From assembly GCA_964016885.1 (NCBI GenBank), contig OZ024743.1, forward strand, positions 177,506,001 through 177,570,000: DNA of 64,000 nt, written 5' to 3'. Of the stretch, positions 40,016-55,125 are shown in pieces; position 1 is the stretch's first letter, and each line of letters opens with the position of its first letter. This stretch comes from Eledone cirrhosa (taxonomy: Eukaryota). Both the position numbers and the translations under genes were made by a program. Under the pieces are notes generated by a model. The model ran no database searches, was not told where the DNA came from, and saw only the letters and a list, made by a program, of their open reading frames with translations.

Positions 40016-40690
40016 TTGATTGGTCTATTTTAGACAATTCAAGCGAATACCAAAGAGGCACAAGGAAATATTCTTTGTGCACCACGGAAAAATTTAGAAT
40101 TCTCCAAAACTTGAAAGCCCCTTCCACTTGCCACAACTCTAAGACCGAGATCTTTAGATGTTGTCCACATCTGAAATCGCGTCTACTTTTTAACTGGATT
40201 ACTCAACCACCTTGAGCTTCTTCTTTAGTCATCACGCCTTCTACTCACCACGAATCTTATGAACTCATACTTTCTACCCATATATACTTTTTCTCCCTCA
40301 TCACCTTCTATATACCTTTTTATTTTTATTTTATAAATATTTTCAGTGCCTTATAATCCCCCCCCGCCTATTTTCTACCTTAACTTTTAAACATACACAC
40401 CTCCCACCTTTATACTTTACTCAGTTCACTTTTTAACCAGATACTCGTATCTAGATCTCATCACAATCCTTTTACAACACTCCCCCCCCCCTGTTCTTAA
40501 TAATTGTGTTTATTATTTTATTTCAGTTTTACTCCCCTTTTGTCCTTACTTATCCACTAGGTCTTTTATTGTACTTATGTAGGGTTGTGTGCGGGCGCTT
40601 ATGTAGACAGGTTTATGTTTACATACATTTATATTATTTTGATTTGGTATTGTATGTGTGTGTCTGTGTGTGTGTCCGTGTGTGTATGTG
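40016..40690 (+). mobile_element. 3' fragment of a different PLE family fused head-to-head
   Basis: IDWSILD..YQRGTRKYSLCTTEK..NSKTEIFRCCPH is a GIY-YIG C-terminus, not similar at DNA level to the left partner. Confidence 0.7.
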
Positions 40691-40693
40691 TGC

Positions 40694-40756
<63 letters not shown>

Positions 40757-40761
<5 letters not shown>

Positions 40762-42290
40762 GTGGCTACACAACAGTTAGTTCACCATACCGAGAACAAT
40801 TGTTTCACCTTAGCGGATTCTCAGCTCGGAATGGGCATGGTTATAGGAACAGGAAGGATAGCCGTATGAACGCGCATGCGTTTTTAAACCGGTCGAGGTC
40901 GTGACCACTTTTATGGCTCGATAAAGTCAGTCCATCTTCGTGGTATATTCCCTTGTGGAAGTCCGGGAATCTAACACGTAATATGATAAAAAAGACTTAG
41001 CTTCTCCCGTCAATGAGTTAGGCCTTAGGATAACAGTAGCCACCAACCTCTCTAGCGTAGATTTCTTAGACATTAATTTAGACCTTTGCACACACACCCA
41101 CAGACCCTTCCATAAGCTAAACGAGAAACTCAATTACATTCACAAGGACTCATGCCACCCTCCCACTGTTTTTAAAAACTTCGTTAAGAATATCAGTACT
41201 AGAATCTCAAACCTCTCCTCTAATAAGGCTATATTTGACAGGGCGGCACCCTACTATAACACGGCCTTGGCACAACCTATCACTTACTCTCCCACTAGCA
41301 ACAACACCATTAGGAAAAGTAAGTGCAACAATAGAAAAACTATCTGGGTCTCTCCTCCCTTCTCATTCAACGTTAAAACCAATGTAGGAAACAAATTTCT
41401 AGCCCTCTTAGATAGATACTTTCCCACAGGTCATAAATACCGCTCCATTTTTAACCGACACAAAGTTAAACTAGGACACTCCTCGCTAAGAACGTGAAGG
41501 CTCACATCACCAGCAGCCCTAGGAGAAACACCCCCACCAGGGTGCTCTTACCGTAAGCCTGAAGCTTGCCCCCTTCAACAACAATGCAACACACCAGCTG
41601 TAATTTACGAAGCTGTGGTCACTTCCAACCGACCAAACGAACCGCAGGAGGTCAAATCCTATGTGGGCATGGCGGAGGGCCGATTTAAGGAACGTTTCCT
41701 GAACCACCAGTCTACCTTCAGGTACCCGGACAGACGTTCATCCACGAAACTCGCGAGCCACGTATGGTCCCTCAAGGACTCAAGTATAGGGTACTCCATT
41801 AGGGGGAAAGCCATCACTTAGTTCAAGCCATACGCAAGGGGAAATCCGACGTGTGGCGTATGTATTGACGAACGCATAACTATTCTAAAGTGATTACGCA
41901 ATAGTGATTGGCTAAACACGAGAAATCAATTTTTCACACGTTGTCCACACGTCGCCAAACACCTATTGCATAACTACAAGGCTCCGGAGAGATTCTTTGT
42001 AATTTTATTTTTCAACTAGAAACTTTTCGGACTTTCGCAGTTATCACCCTTACACCTCTCGCACGCATTCTAGTATTGCCTGTGTGAAGTGACCGGGTTT
42101 CTGCGCATGCGCGTTCGTACGGCTGTTCTTCCTGTTCCTACAACCATGCCCATTCCCAGCTGAGGATCCGCTAAGCTGAAATAATTGTTCTCGTTACGGT
42201 GAACTAACTGTTGTGTAACCACTTCTACCTAACTCGTCCCATGTACTGAGTGCTCTACCACTACGGATATTACCTTCCAGTGTTCCACCA
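40757..42290 (+). mobile_element. PLE fragment with inverted terminal copy
   Basis: VDFLDINLDL, SCHP, WVSPPFSFNVKTN, YVGMAEGRFKERF; 40757-40905 mirrors ~42088-42227; hammerhead-like motifs at 40790-40829 (minus) and 42155-42194 (plus). Confidence 0.85.
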
Positions 42291-42291
42291 C

Positions 42292-42332
<41 letters not shown>

Positions 42333-43050
42333 ATGTGCGTGTATGTATATGTATATGTATATATATTTATATATGTATATATATATATATGTATTTATAT
42401 GTATGTATATGTGTATATGTGTATTTGTGTATGTGTATATATATACGTATATATGTGTGTTTGTTTATATATATATATATATGTGTGTGTTTGTATATGT
42501 TTATTATATTTATATGGTTATATGTATGCGGTTACGTATATGTGTGTGTATGCGGCTGTATATATAATTTTGTTTTTTGTGTGTATGGATTTACGTATGG
42601 CTTTTGTATGCGTGTGTTGACTTTATTACGTGCGTGTGCGCGCGCACGCATTTGTTTACGTATGTACGTAGGTTATGAACCTATGCTCTTTATTGTAGAC
42701 CTTTTTGTATATATATGTGGTTGGGTGTGTAATATGGTTGTATACAGGTTTTTATATATACGTGTATATGTGTGTGGTTGTGTATGTGTATATTTATTGT
42801 TGCAAGCATGTGTGTGTGTGTGCGTGTACATATGTTTATTTTATATATCTATGTATATAGATAAATCTACCAAAAATTTACGGTAGTGTCCAATCCGTAT
42901 GAAGAACTCAATGTAATCCGGATATCATGAAAAGAGAAGATGCATTCAAAAACTAATTTCGGTGATAATTAACGGAAAACAGAGTCAAGATAAATTAATA
43001 AAGTAATGAATAAACAAAGAAACAGTTCCTTATATTAAAAATTTTTCTTA

Positions 43051-43095
<45 letters not shown>

Positions 43096-43441
43096 GCATA
43101 TATATGTGTGTGTCTCTATACGTGTGTATGAGTATTTATACATGTATATATGTGTGTGTGTGTGTGTGTGTATGTATGTGTATATTTATGTATATATATT
43201 TGTATATGCACATCCCGTGTATATGTTTCTTTTTTAAGGTGTCTTTATCCCCCCCCCTCTCACCATACCCTCACACTTATCGCTGCCAATACGCCCCCCT
43301 TTTGCCTTTGTTGTTGACTTTGTATATTTTTTGTTCTTATTCATTTATTTATTTATTACTTCATGTATATGTATGTATATGTATTTATGTTCCTGTCTGT
43401 AAACGCTAATACGCTTATGTTATAAAGTATACGTCTGCTTA

Positions 43442-43720
<279 letters not shown>

Positions 43721-43784
43721 TTAAGAAACGGAATATTGGAATTTGATACAATGGTATTGCAAAGAGAAAGGCTAAACTCTGTCT

Positions 43785-44030
43785 CGAGCCAAGAGGCTCA
43801 TCGGGCCAGTGTTTGTCCCATCTTCATTGGTGCTAAGTGACTGAGAGTATAAGATTCCATCTTATACTCTCAGTACATTCCAAAGTAATGCTGGTACTCA
43901 TTTTCAGCTGAGTAAAATGGAGTAACGTGAAATGAAGTGTTTTGCCCAATAACACAACACACAACCCAGCACAGGAATCGAACCCGTGCCATTATGATCG
44001 TAAGTCCGCCCTTACCACTAGACCACGCTC
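43785..44030 (-). mobile_element. tRNA-derived SINE
   Basis: Minus strand gcgtggtctagtggtaag (A box)..ggttcgattcc (B box) followed by SINE body. Confidence 0.7.
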
Positions 44031-44224
44031 CTCCACCAAAAATTGTAGAATTCTTAAAATCTCATTGAATAGTAAAAACAAAGTAGATTAGATAATATTT
44101 TCCAAAATATCAGGCTATTTCTCCTCACCATTTTGTCTATGCGTTGCAGCTGAAACCCCGCTCAGACTAGGGTCAACAGACTGTTACTCTTACCCACTTT
44201 TTCTCTCATTATTTAATTCCACAG

Positions 44225-44970
44225 GGCGGTGGATTGGCAGTATCGGTAGAGGGTCGGACGCCATGCTTTCCAGCATAGTTACGTCCCTTTACGATCTGAG
44301 TTCAAATCCCGCCGAGGTTGACTTTGCCTTTCATCCTTACGGGGTCGATAAAATAAAGTACCAGTATTGCACTGGGTAATTGCTGGCCTTGTGCCTAAAG
44401 TAGAAACAATTATTTAATTCCGTTTTTTTCTCTTCTTCTTCTAATCCAACTTCCATTTTTCGTGTCCTTATTGTCATTTATACTGTACTATTCATATGAT
44501 TAATACTGTAAGAGCGAACTGCATCTATTGTATAAAGTGTTTCAAAGGTTAACGAAATGTGGTGGATTGGCAGTATCGGTAGAACGTCGGATGGCATGCT
44601 TGAAGATATATAGTTACTTCCCTTTACGTTTTGAGTTCAAATCCCGCCGAGTATAGCTTTGCCTTTCATCCTTACAGCGTCGATAAAATAAAGCATAAAG
44701 AATGCACTGGGGTCAATTTATTCGACTCTCCCCTCCCCTTAAAATTGTTGGCCTTGTGCCTAAATCAGAAACCATTATTTTAATGGCAGTATCGGTAGAG
44801 GGTCGGACGCCATGCTTTGCAGCAAAGAGTTACGGCCCTTTATGGTCTGAGTGCAAATCCCGCCGAGGTTAACTTTGTCTTTCATCCTTACGGGGTCGAT
44901 AGAATAAAGTACCAGTAATAAACTAGGATAATTGCTGGCCTTGTGCCAAAAGTAGAAACAATTATTTTAA
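44225..44970 (+). mobile_element. Cluster of three SINE copies (44225-44415, 44559-44782, 44784-44970)
   Basis: tggcagtatcggtaga A box, gagttcaaatccc B box, gcctttcatccttacggggtcgataaa central domain. Confidence 0.85.
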
Positions 44971-45392
44971 TACAGTATATATCTAGACCTGCAATATCCA
45001 ACCTGCCCTTCTTTTTAAAACATGTGTCATTACGTGAAGGTGATTTACGTGTAATTCAAAATATGTCGGCTGACAGCATACAGCCAGCCTCATTAATAAA
45101 CAAAACAACATCTTACATAACTAGCAGTTATAAAGAGAATTAATCTCTGCGATCATACATTAAAAACATGCGATAAAATGCTACATGAAAGAACCCTTAC
45201 GTTTACATATTAAAATACCTTTTCTTCAGTCGGTAGATTAATATGTAAATCTATTTATTTACATATTTAATTATCTTTTTGTTTTCCAGATGATAGTTTA
45301 ATATGAAAATGTAATGACTTGATATGTAAATGATTTAATATGTAAATGTTTTAATATGTAAATGTTTTAAGATGTAAATGTTTGATTATGTA

Positions 45393-45436
<44 letters not shown>

Positions 45437-45462
45437 ACTACTACTACTACTACTACTACTAA

Positions 45463-45540
45463 AGCGTATGGCTTTGTGGTTAAAGAATTGGATATACAAT
45501 CATGCGGTTGTGAGTTCGATTCCCAACCCGGGCGTTGCTT
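45463..45540 (+). mobile_element. tRNA-like SINE head
   Basis: tggctttgtggttaa A box, gagttcgattccc B box; no complete cloverleaf. Confidence 0.55.
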
Positions 45541-45759
45541 AACAACTGCCAGGAATTGTATTCCTTGGTCTGATCTGACGAGTTTCACCTCTCACTAAGC
45601 CAATGAGGTTTGGAATCTTGTTTATTCAGCTTAATTAATATGCAAATATGTAAATGTAAGGGTTTAATGTGTTAATTGCATTGGGTCGCAATTGAGGACA
45701 TATTTTAAAGTTCCGCCAATAAACTCAAATGATAATGTATAACTGGTATTAGGATGGGG

Positions 45760-46142
45760 AGGGGGTAGACTTGGTAGAGCGTCGGACAACATGCTTTGCA
45801 GCATGAATTCCAATCCCTCCGAGGCTAGCTTTGCCTTTCATCCTTACGGGGTCGAAAATAAAATACAAGTAACGCACTGCGGTCGATTTAATCGATTTTC
45901 CTCCCGCCCAACAATATAGCAATTTCGTAAACATCTGCGTACTAGTAAAGATACTATAAACATTTGAATTAACAAACCCATTATGTAGATATTTCCAGCT
46001 AAGCCACACAGGATGTTAAGAGATAATTGTTTCTACATTTGGCACAAGGATGAAAGGCAAAGTTAACCTCGGCGGGATTTGAACTCAGACCATAAAGGGA
46101 CATAACTATGCTGGAAAGCCGACCCTCTACCGATACTGCCAA
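45760..46142. mobile_element. Two further SINE copies (45760-45900 plus; 46025-46142 minus)
   Basis: Same family as 44225. Confidence 0.75.
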
Positions 46143-46297
46143 GATAATACTGTAAATGTTATCAACATTCCAACCACTAGTAAATATATAAACATTTGAA
46201 TAATTAAACATTTATTTAAGAAAATATAATACATACACAAAAATGTGTCAATTTCTAAGTATTCTTCTTTTTCTGTCTGTCTGTATGTATGTGCATT

Positions 46298-46432
<135 letters not shown>

Positions 46433-46479
46433 GACAGATAAATATACACGGGTGTGTATGATTGTGTATAGAAGATTAT

Positions 46480-47975
46480 ATTAATGAAAGGAATTCCAAC
46501 TTTGTTTGATTTACTCGTTTTATTTACAATCCTTTAAAATTTATAATGGTATTAGAATGAAATAGTATGGTAGAATATTAAATGTTAAGTGTTAATTGAA
46601 CAAGTACATTCATGCTTTCGCAATCTTCAGGTTCATAATGTGTGGTGGCAGTCAAGTTTGCAATTTTCAACTGTAATGAAATGGGTAAATTTTGTGTCTT
46701 ATATACAGTGAAAAGTGGCTCCAGAATGCTAAATCTTGCAAACTGTATTTCGACCAATCGGTGTGTAGTTTCACTGGATTACTAAAGCTGTTGGTTGAGC
46801 ATGTCTAACGACTACTACTTGACCCTATCCAAAGCATCAATTGTTTTGCTATTTTTAGAAATGATGAAAATAGCATTTTCTAGTAATAATCACCATCAAC
46901 ATCACTTTTATTATTATTATTATTATTGTTGTTGTTGTTGTTAGTAGTCGTAGTCATAGTCATAGTAGGAAACCCCATTATTATTGTTCATTTAGCTTGG
47001 GTTTGAATTTATCAATAAAATTATTTTCTTTGATTTTTCTCTTGATTTCACTTGGGCTGTGTAATTTGTAGAATGGGAATATTATAAATATTCCCTGACC
47101 ACATGTTGCTAGATGGTTACTTAGGAGTATCTGACGGACATTTGGGTCTCTGATTTGCTGTCGGTGTACCCGTGCACGTTCCGATAGTGCATTTCCAGTT
47201 TGACCGACATATAGTTCTTCACAATTCGGGCATTTAATGTAGTAAATTAGATTTCTGCTTTTGCAGTTCATATTTGCTTTGGGAATTTTTTTCCAGTTTT
47301 TGTTTTCATATATTGACCGGCATGTATGGATTGACATGTGCCACATCGATTATCATTGCATTTAGATACAGTGAATGATTGGTCTTTGTTGTTATGGTCA
47401 AACTTTTGTTAGTAATTGCTTCAAATTGTTCGGCTGTCTTTTACTAAGAGTCAAAGATCGATCTGTGATTAAACCTTTTAATTCATTACTTTGAGCAATG
47501 ATCGGTAGGTTTGCTTTGGCAGTGTTGAAGATATTCTGGTGACATGGGTTGTGTGTCATTATAAATGGTATGACCAGATCTTGGTTTCTTCTTCCTTGGG
47601 TTGTCCTAAGTTGTTGTATAGGTATTTTTATAGCCCGCTGTATGCCATTTTCTATAAGTAGAGCTGGGTATTTTTGTTTGAGCAAAAATCTCTTAGTTCT
47701 GTTAGGCATTTGTACCTGGTATTCGTATCTTCTACAATGGTACAAATTCTTCTGGCTAGGCAGTATGGGATGTTGCGTTTTGTATGAGGTGGATGGCACG
47801 ACTTAAAATTCAGATATTGATGGGTGTCTGTGTGTTTATAATATATATCCGTGGTAATGGTGGTGTCGTTTTTGATTATCATTATATCTAGGAATGGTAA
47901 TTTGGTACTACTCATCTCTTTTGTGAATTGGAGAGATGGGTGTAGGTTATTCAGGAGGATATTGAACTCATCCAA
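46480..47975 (-). mobile_element. Neptune-like PLE 3' part
   Basis: LPFLDIMI, YYKHTDTHQYL..SCHPPH, CNDNRCGTC, NLIYYIKC, YVGQTG; degenerate hammerhead 46598-46634. Confidence 0.85.
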
Positions 47976-48497
47976 CCCAAAACAACTGTACACGTAGATC
48001 CTAAAATAATAAATTTATCCAAAAGAGATCTTGACAATGATGAAATGCAAATCCTGTCAAAAGTACTAACATTCACACCGACTCCAACAGTCAACCACTA
48101 AGAACTGAAGGAGGATACCCAAGAATTCTGTCGAAAATTACGTCTTGTAGAATTCTTCGCTGATAAAAGTAATGAGAGTGATGAATCACTAGTAAAGAAT
48201 AAATCAAATTTCACTCCGCCAAAAGGAAGAAATATCTATCTCGATCAATAGATTGACATCCTGTCTAAATCTTCTCTTAGACGTAATACTAATGTCAGGC
48301 CAAACTTTAACAAATCAGAAATGTCTGCACTTAAACGTATACAAAATGATAAAACAATAATAATTAAACAAGCAGATAAAGGGGGTGCAGTTGTTATAAT
48401 GGATGCTGAATACTACAAGGATTTGGTTGAGGAACAACTGAAAGACACAACATTCTATCATGAAATACCGTCAAATATAGACCTGAACATCATGAAC
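47976..48497 (+). mobile_element. N-terminal Neptune-like PLE segment, inverted relative to the adjacent 3' part
   Basis: IINLSKRDL, LTFTPTP, KSNFTPP, IIIKQADKGGAVVIMD. Confidence 0.8.
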
Positions 48498-48506
48498 ACA
48501 GATACA

Positions 48507-48558
<52 letters not shown>

Positions 48559-49274
48559 TCTATATCCTTGCGTATTTCTTGATTTGAAGTAGTATTGACA
48601 TTGATTCAGCTTCACGTCCCACTGTTCTTCTGTCTCACATACTAAGTAGTTAAATGTCATTGGTCTAGCAACAATAACTATTTTATCGCTCTTTTCATTC
48701 CTGAAGATTTGTGTTTTTTAATATTTTTAATAGTTACGGACTCTATAGTCTTTTAGATTTCTATATTCGGGATTTTACGGACAAAACCAACAGGCTGGAG
48801 ACCCAGGGCTAGATTACCGAGAAAGACGGTTGGATAACATCAATGAGCTCGGCAAGTATCGCTTGCAAAACGAATCTCTTAACTCTTCGGTCGTGCTTAA
48901 TCTAAAAATCCAATATTACCAGAGGTAGCGTTGATATTACAAGGCGGTTTTTCCACCATCTGCTCTTCCGTCCCATTCATGATAAAGATTATTATTACTA
49001 TTTTTAATCTGATTAAAATATGTAAATAATTCAATAAGTTTCTTTTTTTCCGTACGAAATATAAATAATTAACGCATTACAAACATAGCTAATTAATGAT
49101 AATATTTCTTTTGACGTTTTTTACGGTATATATTTCATAAAATAAAATATAATTATATTATTTCACGACAAATGTTAATAATCATATTCTTCTCATGAGC
49201 TTTTAATACGATTCCAATCTACCCACAATAAATATATATATATGTAAATATATATATGTAAATAAACAGCTTAA

Positions 49275-49537
49275 ATAAAGATGGCGTAGACATACAATAT
49301 AACAGGAGGAAACATAATAGCACCACTGACGATATTGCAGATGGGCAACGAAAGAACTTTGTTAGACTATATATATGTGTTTGTGTCTATATTATATGTG
49401 TATTTTTGACCGTTGGTCAGTCACCAAATGAATTAACTGATATGAATGATACAGAAGCGAAAACCAACCAAACAGTGAGTGTGTTCTGTTATTAATTCTG
49501 GCAACATTATTAGAACAATATGACCCTCCCCAAGTAT

Positions 49538-49545
<8 letters not shown>
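49275..49545 (+). mobile_element. Solo family B PLE terminus with hammerhead-like motif (49323-49362)
   Basis: aagatggcg; CCA CTGACGA T ATTGC..GCAAC GAAA GAACTT; ends caagtataacaat then (TA)n. Confidence 0.7.
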
Positions 49546-49600
<55 letters not shown>

Positions 49601-49609
49601 CATGTGTAT

Positions 49610-49640
<31 letters not shown>

Positions 49641-49902
49641 ATATAGGAAAGTCTACAGAATCATTTGATAAAATATATACAGTATTTCTCCTCCTAATCA
49701 GCATAATCAACAACATAAAAAAATCAATTAAACGAGGCAATAAGTTTAAAATCTACCTATGAAGAAACAAAAGATAAATAAATTGTGGCTATTTTATCTG
49801 CGATCCACAGATACAGAAGATTTACCTAGTATTTCTAATAACCCGTAGAAATTGAATAGACATATAGTTAACCATACACAATTAGGTACAAAATCAAAGT
49901 TT

Positions 49903-50470
<568 letters not shown>

Positions 50471-50490
50471 ATATATATATTATATATATA

Positions 50491-50552
<62 letters not shown>

Positions 50553-50586
50553 ATGTATGTGTATGTATACATACATATACATATAT

Positions 50587-50808
50587 CTAATCAAACTAAT
50601 ATAAAGAGTAGTGTTCAACGTACGATCAAAGGAACTTCAGTTACTAGGGAGTAAATAAGCATTAATTATAACGAACCAGAGAATTAGACTTATGTCTGGG
50701 ATCGCCGTATCCGCTATAATTCGTTATAATTAATGCTTATTTTCTCCCCAGTAACTGAAGTTCCTTTGATCGTACGTTGAACGCTACTTTTTATATTAGT
50801 TTGATTAT
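50587..50808. repeat. Hairpin with ~88 bp arms between microsatellites
   Basis: taatcaaactaatataaa..attataacgaa / ttcgttataat..ttatattagtttgatta. Confidence 0.85.
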
Positions 50809-51699
50809 ATATATGTATGTATACATACATATACATATATACACATATACATACATATACATACATATACATACATATACATATCTTTGTATATAAATAC
50901 GTATGTATATATGTATATATATATATTTATATATATATACACATATAGTTACGTATATATATTTATATATGTAATTAGGTCAGAATAGTACTAAAACCCC
51001 ATGGGAAATTAACATTTGTGGTTAAATTGTATAATTTTATTTTGCTTTATGATATATTTATCCGAAAAACATCTCAAATAATCAATATTTCCATAAAATA
51101 TTTATGCTTGCAACGCGTTATAAAATATAATATAATATGATATAATATAAAATAAAATAATATATGTTATATATATAAATATACATGTGTGTATGTTTAT
51201 ATATCTGTGTACGTACGTTTCAGAAAACAATTTTATACTGTCATTCTTTTCGCGAGTTAATATGAAATTTCTAAATTATAACACTAATTTAACTTAATAT
51301 CTGAAACTTACTAGCAATTAAACAGTGACACGCAGCTTTAATTTATTTCAGTTTACCTGAGATAAGATAGATATCGTATCTCAGGTATAGCTTAAAAAGG
51401 TTTGTAGTAACTATAGATTCGGAAAATATATTTATCGTATTTAGATATAAAATCAAATATATCGGTGCGAGTTTATATAATTTGTTTGTCAGGAATAGTA
51501 TTCTTCTTCTTCTTTGAAGTTTGACCTGTTAGACAATTACTAAACAGAGTACTCGATACTTGGATAGTAGAGTATGATTATATAATAATAAATCGGGACC
51601 TGATTCCTGGACTCTTGTCGTTTCAACAGTTAGTTCCATATATATAGTATGTGATTATAGTGTAGTACTTCACTATCATCTTTTGTAAGGTGAGAGAAG

Positions 51700-51734
51700 C
51701 TCTATGCACGTTACAAACCCCAGTTCATCAGGAG
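51700..51734 (-). ncRNA. Degenerate hammerhead motif
   Basis: CTC CTGATGA actggggttt GTAA CGTGCA TA GAG; GAAA mutated. Confidence 0.35.
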
Positions 51735-52232
51735 TTTAAAACGACGATAAAGTTATCGATAGTCAATATTTTGTTATCCAACCATCTGGGTCTCCTGCCA
51801 GTTGGTTTTGCTCGTGAAATCTCTCCAGCTATTCTTTCCTGAAACATTCTAACCACATGTCTGTAATGTCATAGTTGTGATCTCTCAATTCGGATATGTA
51901 ACAGCTCTACTAGGAGTGACTTTCTTATCTCCGAGCTACGCACTCTATCGAGTAAGGTTACTCCAGAGACCTTTTGGTGGAGTCGTATTTCAGCCGCTTG
52001 TATTCAAGACCGTATTCTTCGGACATTACTCCATTACTCAAGATTCATGTGTACTCATACTTTCATATAGTTTCATTTCTATAATATAACCGGTTTTCCT
52101 TTGCAGTGCTCTGCTGGAATTACGGCTATAGAATGTAGGTGTGGACTTCTGATGGAGTCGTAGTAGCGTTTCGTACAAGACATGGACATTTCAAACCTGG
52201 TCGATTTCTCACAGGGGTGGGCAGAGAGAGGG

Positions 52233-52307
<75 letters not shown>

Positions 52308-52329
52308 ACAAGAAATAAAGAGGAAGAAG

Positions 52330-52770
52330 CAAATTTAATATTGGACTGAGACCATATTTTCTCGATATCGAAAGAATCAAAAGTAAAGTTGACTTCGGTG
52401 GGATTTGAATTCAGAACGTAGAGAAGTGGAAGGTAACCGCAAGCTATTTTATCTGACGCTCTAAGAAAAATATTCGAAAGTTAAATAAACATTTAATTTC
52501 ATTTGAAAGTTTGTAAAGGCTTGAATCTTCTTGTACCTACTTATGTAAGAATACAATGTTATCAATAGTAGAGTGTAGAGCGTCGAACAAAATAATTTTC
52601 GACATAGAATTAGAGCCCTGTATGTACTGAGTTCAAATCCCGTCAAGGATAGCTTTTCATTTCAGCCTTACGCGGTCGATAGAATAAAATATCAGTAAAG
52701 CTGGTGTCAATTTAATCGACTTTCCCTTCTCCAAATTGTAGGCCTTGTGGCTAAATCAGAAACCTTTATC
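52330..52770. mobile_element. Two diverged SINE copies (52330-52460 minus; 52570-52770 plus)
   Basis: gagttcaaatccc and gtcgatagaataaa motifs. Confidence 0.65.
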
Positions 52771-52999
52771 AGTAGTAGTGTAGCATTTATGGTGGATGTA
52801 ACATGGTCGAATGGTCAAGACGTTTGCTGTGCAATAACCAGGCATCAGGTTAGATCCGACACTCGAACAACTCTGCCAATTCTCCATCTACGTAGATATT
52901 ATAAACTAGAGAAATAGCTGTTTAGGCACACCGTTGTCAACATTTCAGAGAAGAGAAATAATGTATTAATTTAAATAAACAACATGAGATTAAAATGAA

Positions 53000-53222
53000 T
53001 CAGGAAAGAATCGCTGGACAGATTACACGGGCAAAACCAAACGGCAGGAGACTCAGGGTAAACCCCAAGGATGATGGTTAAATAACATTCATGAGCTCGG
53101 TTGGTCTCAGTTGGGGATCCTGCCGGATCTTTTGGAGACGGTTTCTTCTGATAGGACCCACTAGAAGGAGTATTTAAGAACTCCGCACCCACGACCCTCT
53201 CAAGAAGAAGAAGAAGAGGAGA
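53000..53222 (+). mobile_element. Degenerate LINE 3' end with (AAG)n tail
   Basis: GC-richer segment ending acgaccctctc(aag)n. Confidence 0.4.
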
Positions 53223-53767
53223 ATTAAATATGACAGTGCGAGGCCGAATCGTTTGCTAGTAGTTTGTTCAAACTATTTGTAAATGAATTTTTTCCCCTTT
53301 CACACATCTTCGTATTTTGTACATTACGAAATACGCATCGTATACGCCACACGTACACACACACAAACACACATAGTATATATATATATATATATATATA
53401 TAGATTTAAATAATTTAAAAAACCATACAATGCATAAGAAAATTAAAGGTGCCAAAATAATGATAGTATCTTAGATTAGCAAATTTAAATACCACAAATA
53501 TTTTCGAGTTTAAAACCCATTATCAAGTGAATATCATTGTGAAGGTCTTACAAGATCGGTCGGAAATGAGCTATTGTTAGGAAGACAGAATTTGGGTTTT
53601 TAAATCTAAGTTTTTCGAATATTAATAATAACATTCGGTTCCATTGCAATTATGCAAACAAGCCTCATTTCTAAAGCCATGTCAGTAGAATGAACCCTTC
53701 ATTCTTGCTCTTGTGTTGGCATGTAAACAGAACTGCAGACACTAATGTTTCTGGGTATCACACTTCA

Positions 53768-53908
53768 TGTAGTTGTTTGTGATAAAAATGAAAAATAGCG
53801 GTGTTTATGGTGGTGTGATGATTGTGTTCGTGGTTTCATTTCCCTAAGGAGATACATACAGACACACTAAGTCTGAGAAATACGTAGTTTAGATACACAT
53901 GTGCACAT

Positions 53909-53953
<45 letters not shown>

Positions 53954-54605
53954 ATAAAGAAATACACAGACACATGCAAATACATACATATACATGAATA
54001 TACCCACATATATTCCTGAATTTGTGTGGTGCCAACCTTAACCGTTGTTGCTCTATGAATAATCGGGACAAAATAATCCGAATGGATTAGATTGATTCAC
54101 TATCAGAGCTATATAATACATTACAAAGAAAGAAGAAACATTAGATATAATTAATAAGATATACCATACCCAAATTTCTTCACTACTCCTCGACTATGTA
54201 GTTTCGTGGCTTACTATGCAAAAACACTACATCACCAAGATGCAGTATTTTTGTGAGGTTTGCCGACTTATCAAGAGGATACCTCATTTAGAGTTTCAAA
54301 ACACGTCCGTAGGACGCGAGATAGAATCCCGAAAGGCGGAGGGGGAGGCCATCATGTGATACAGAGGTCAAGAAACAGTGCTAAACCAAGAAAAAAATAA
54401 CACATATATATATATATATATGTGTGTGTGTATATATATACACTCGCACATATATATATAGTGAGAGATATGTATATGTGCACATGTGTATCTATACTAC
54501 GTATCTCTCAGACTTAGTGTGTCTGTATGTACCTCCTTAGGGAAATGAAACCACGAACGCCACCATAAACACCGCTATTTTTCATCTTTATCACAAACAA
54601 CTACA
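53768..54605. repeat. Inverted repeat, ~140 bp arms
   Basis: 53768-53910 mirrors 54472-54605. Confidence 0.8.
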
Positions 54606-55075
54606 CCACACCCACACCAAACACAAAAATCAGCCACATATACATGCCAAACTGTCTACCGACAGGCAGCACCCCCACCCCGACTTCAACCTACGATCGA
54701 CACCACAACATTTTCACCACACCCACCCCCACATACACTACGGGCAAAAACATCCCTATGAACTAATCGACCAATCAAAACAAATTTTACTGACCCCCAT
54801 TGGAACTTCTGACTTTAGTATACAGCATGTATTAATTCTTCCATTAACATTACAAGGGGTATGACGAGTCGCGGTTTACAGAGTCAGGTCAGATAGATAC
54901 AGACCGAACCCTGAGCTGGTCGGTGGCGAAACGTTATGAAAGAGTAACCAATCGTCCTTGTTATCGTGTTTAACTATAATACACTCTGTCTAGCTCTACA
55001 CCTCGACACTGAAGTAAACCTAAACATCGAGTGCTCACCCGGGTGAACCTACTGTAACTCCAAGCTACACTCCTT

Positions 55076-55121
<46 letters not shown>

Positions 55122-55125
<4 letters not shown>

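Noticed and set aside
45463-45540. tRNA gene
   Set aside because: A and B boxes only; acceptor stem and cloverleaf not formed; SINE head.
51780-52130. Decayed PLE endonuclease upstream of the 51700 motif
   Set aside because: Too many stops; no confident motif.
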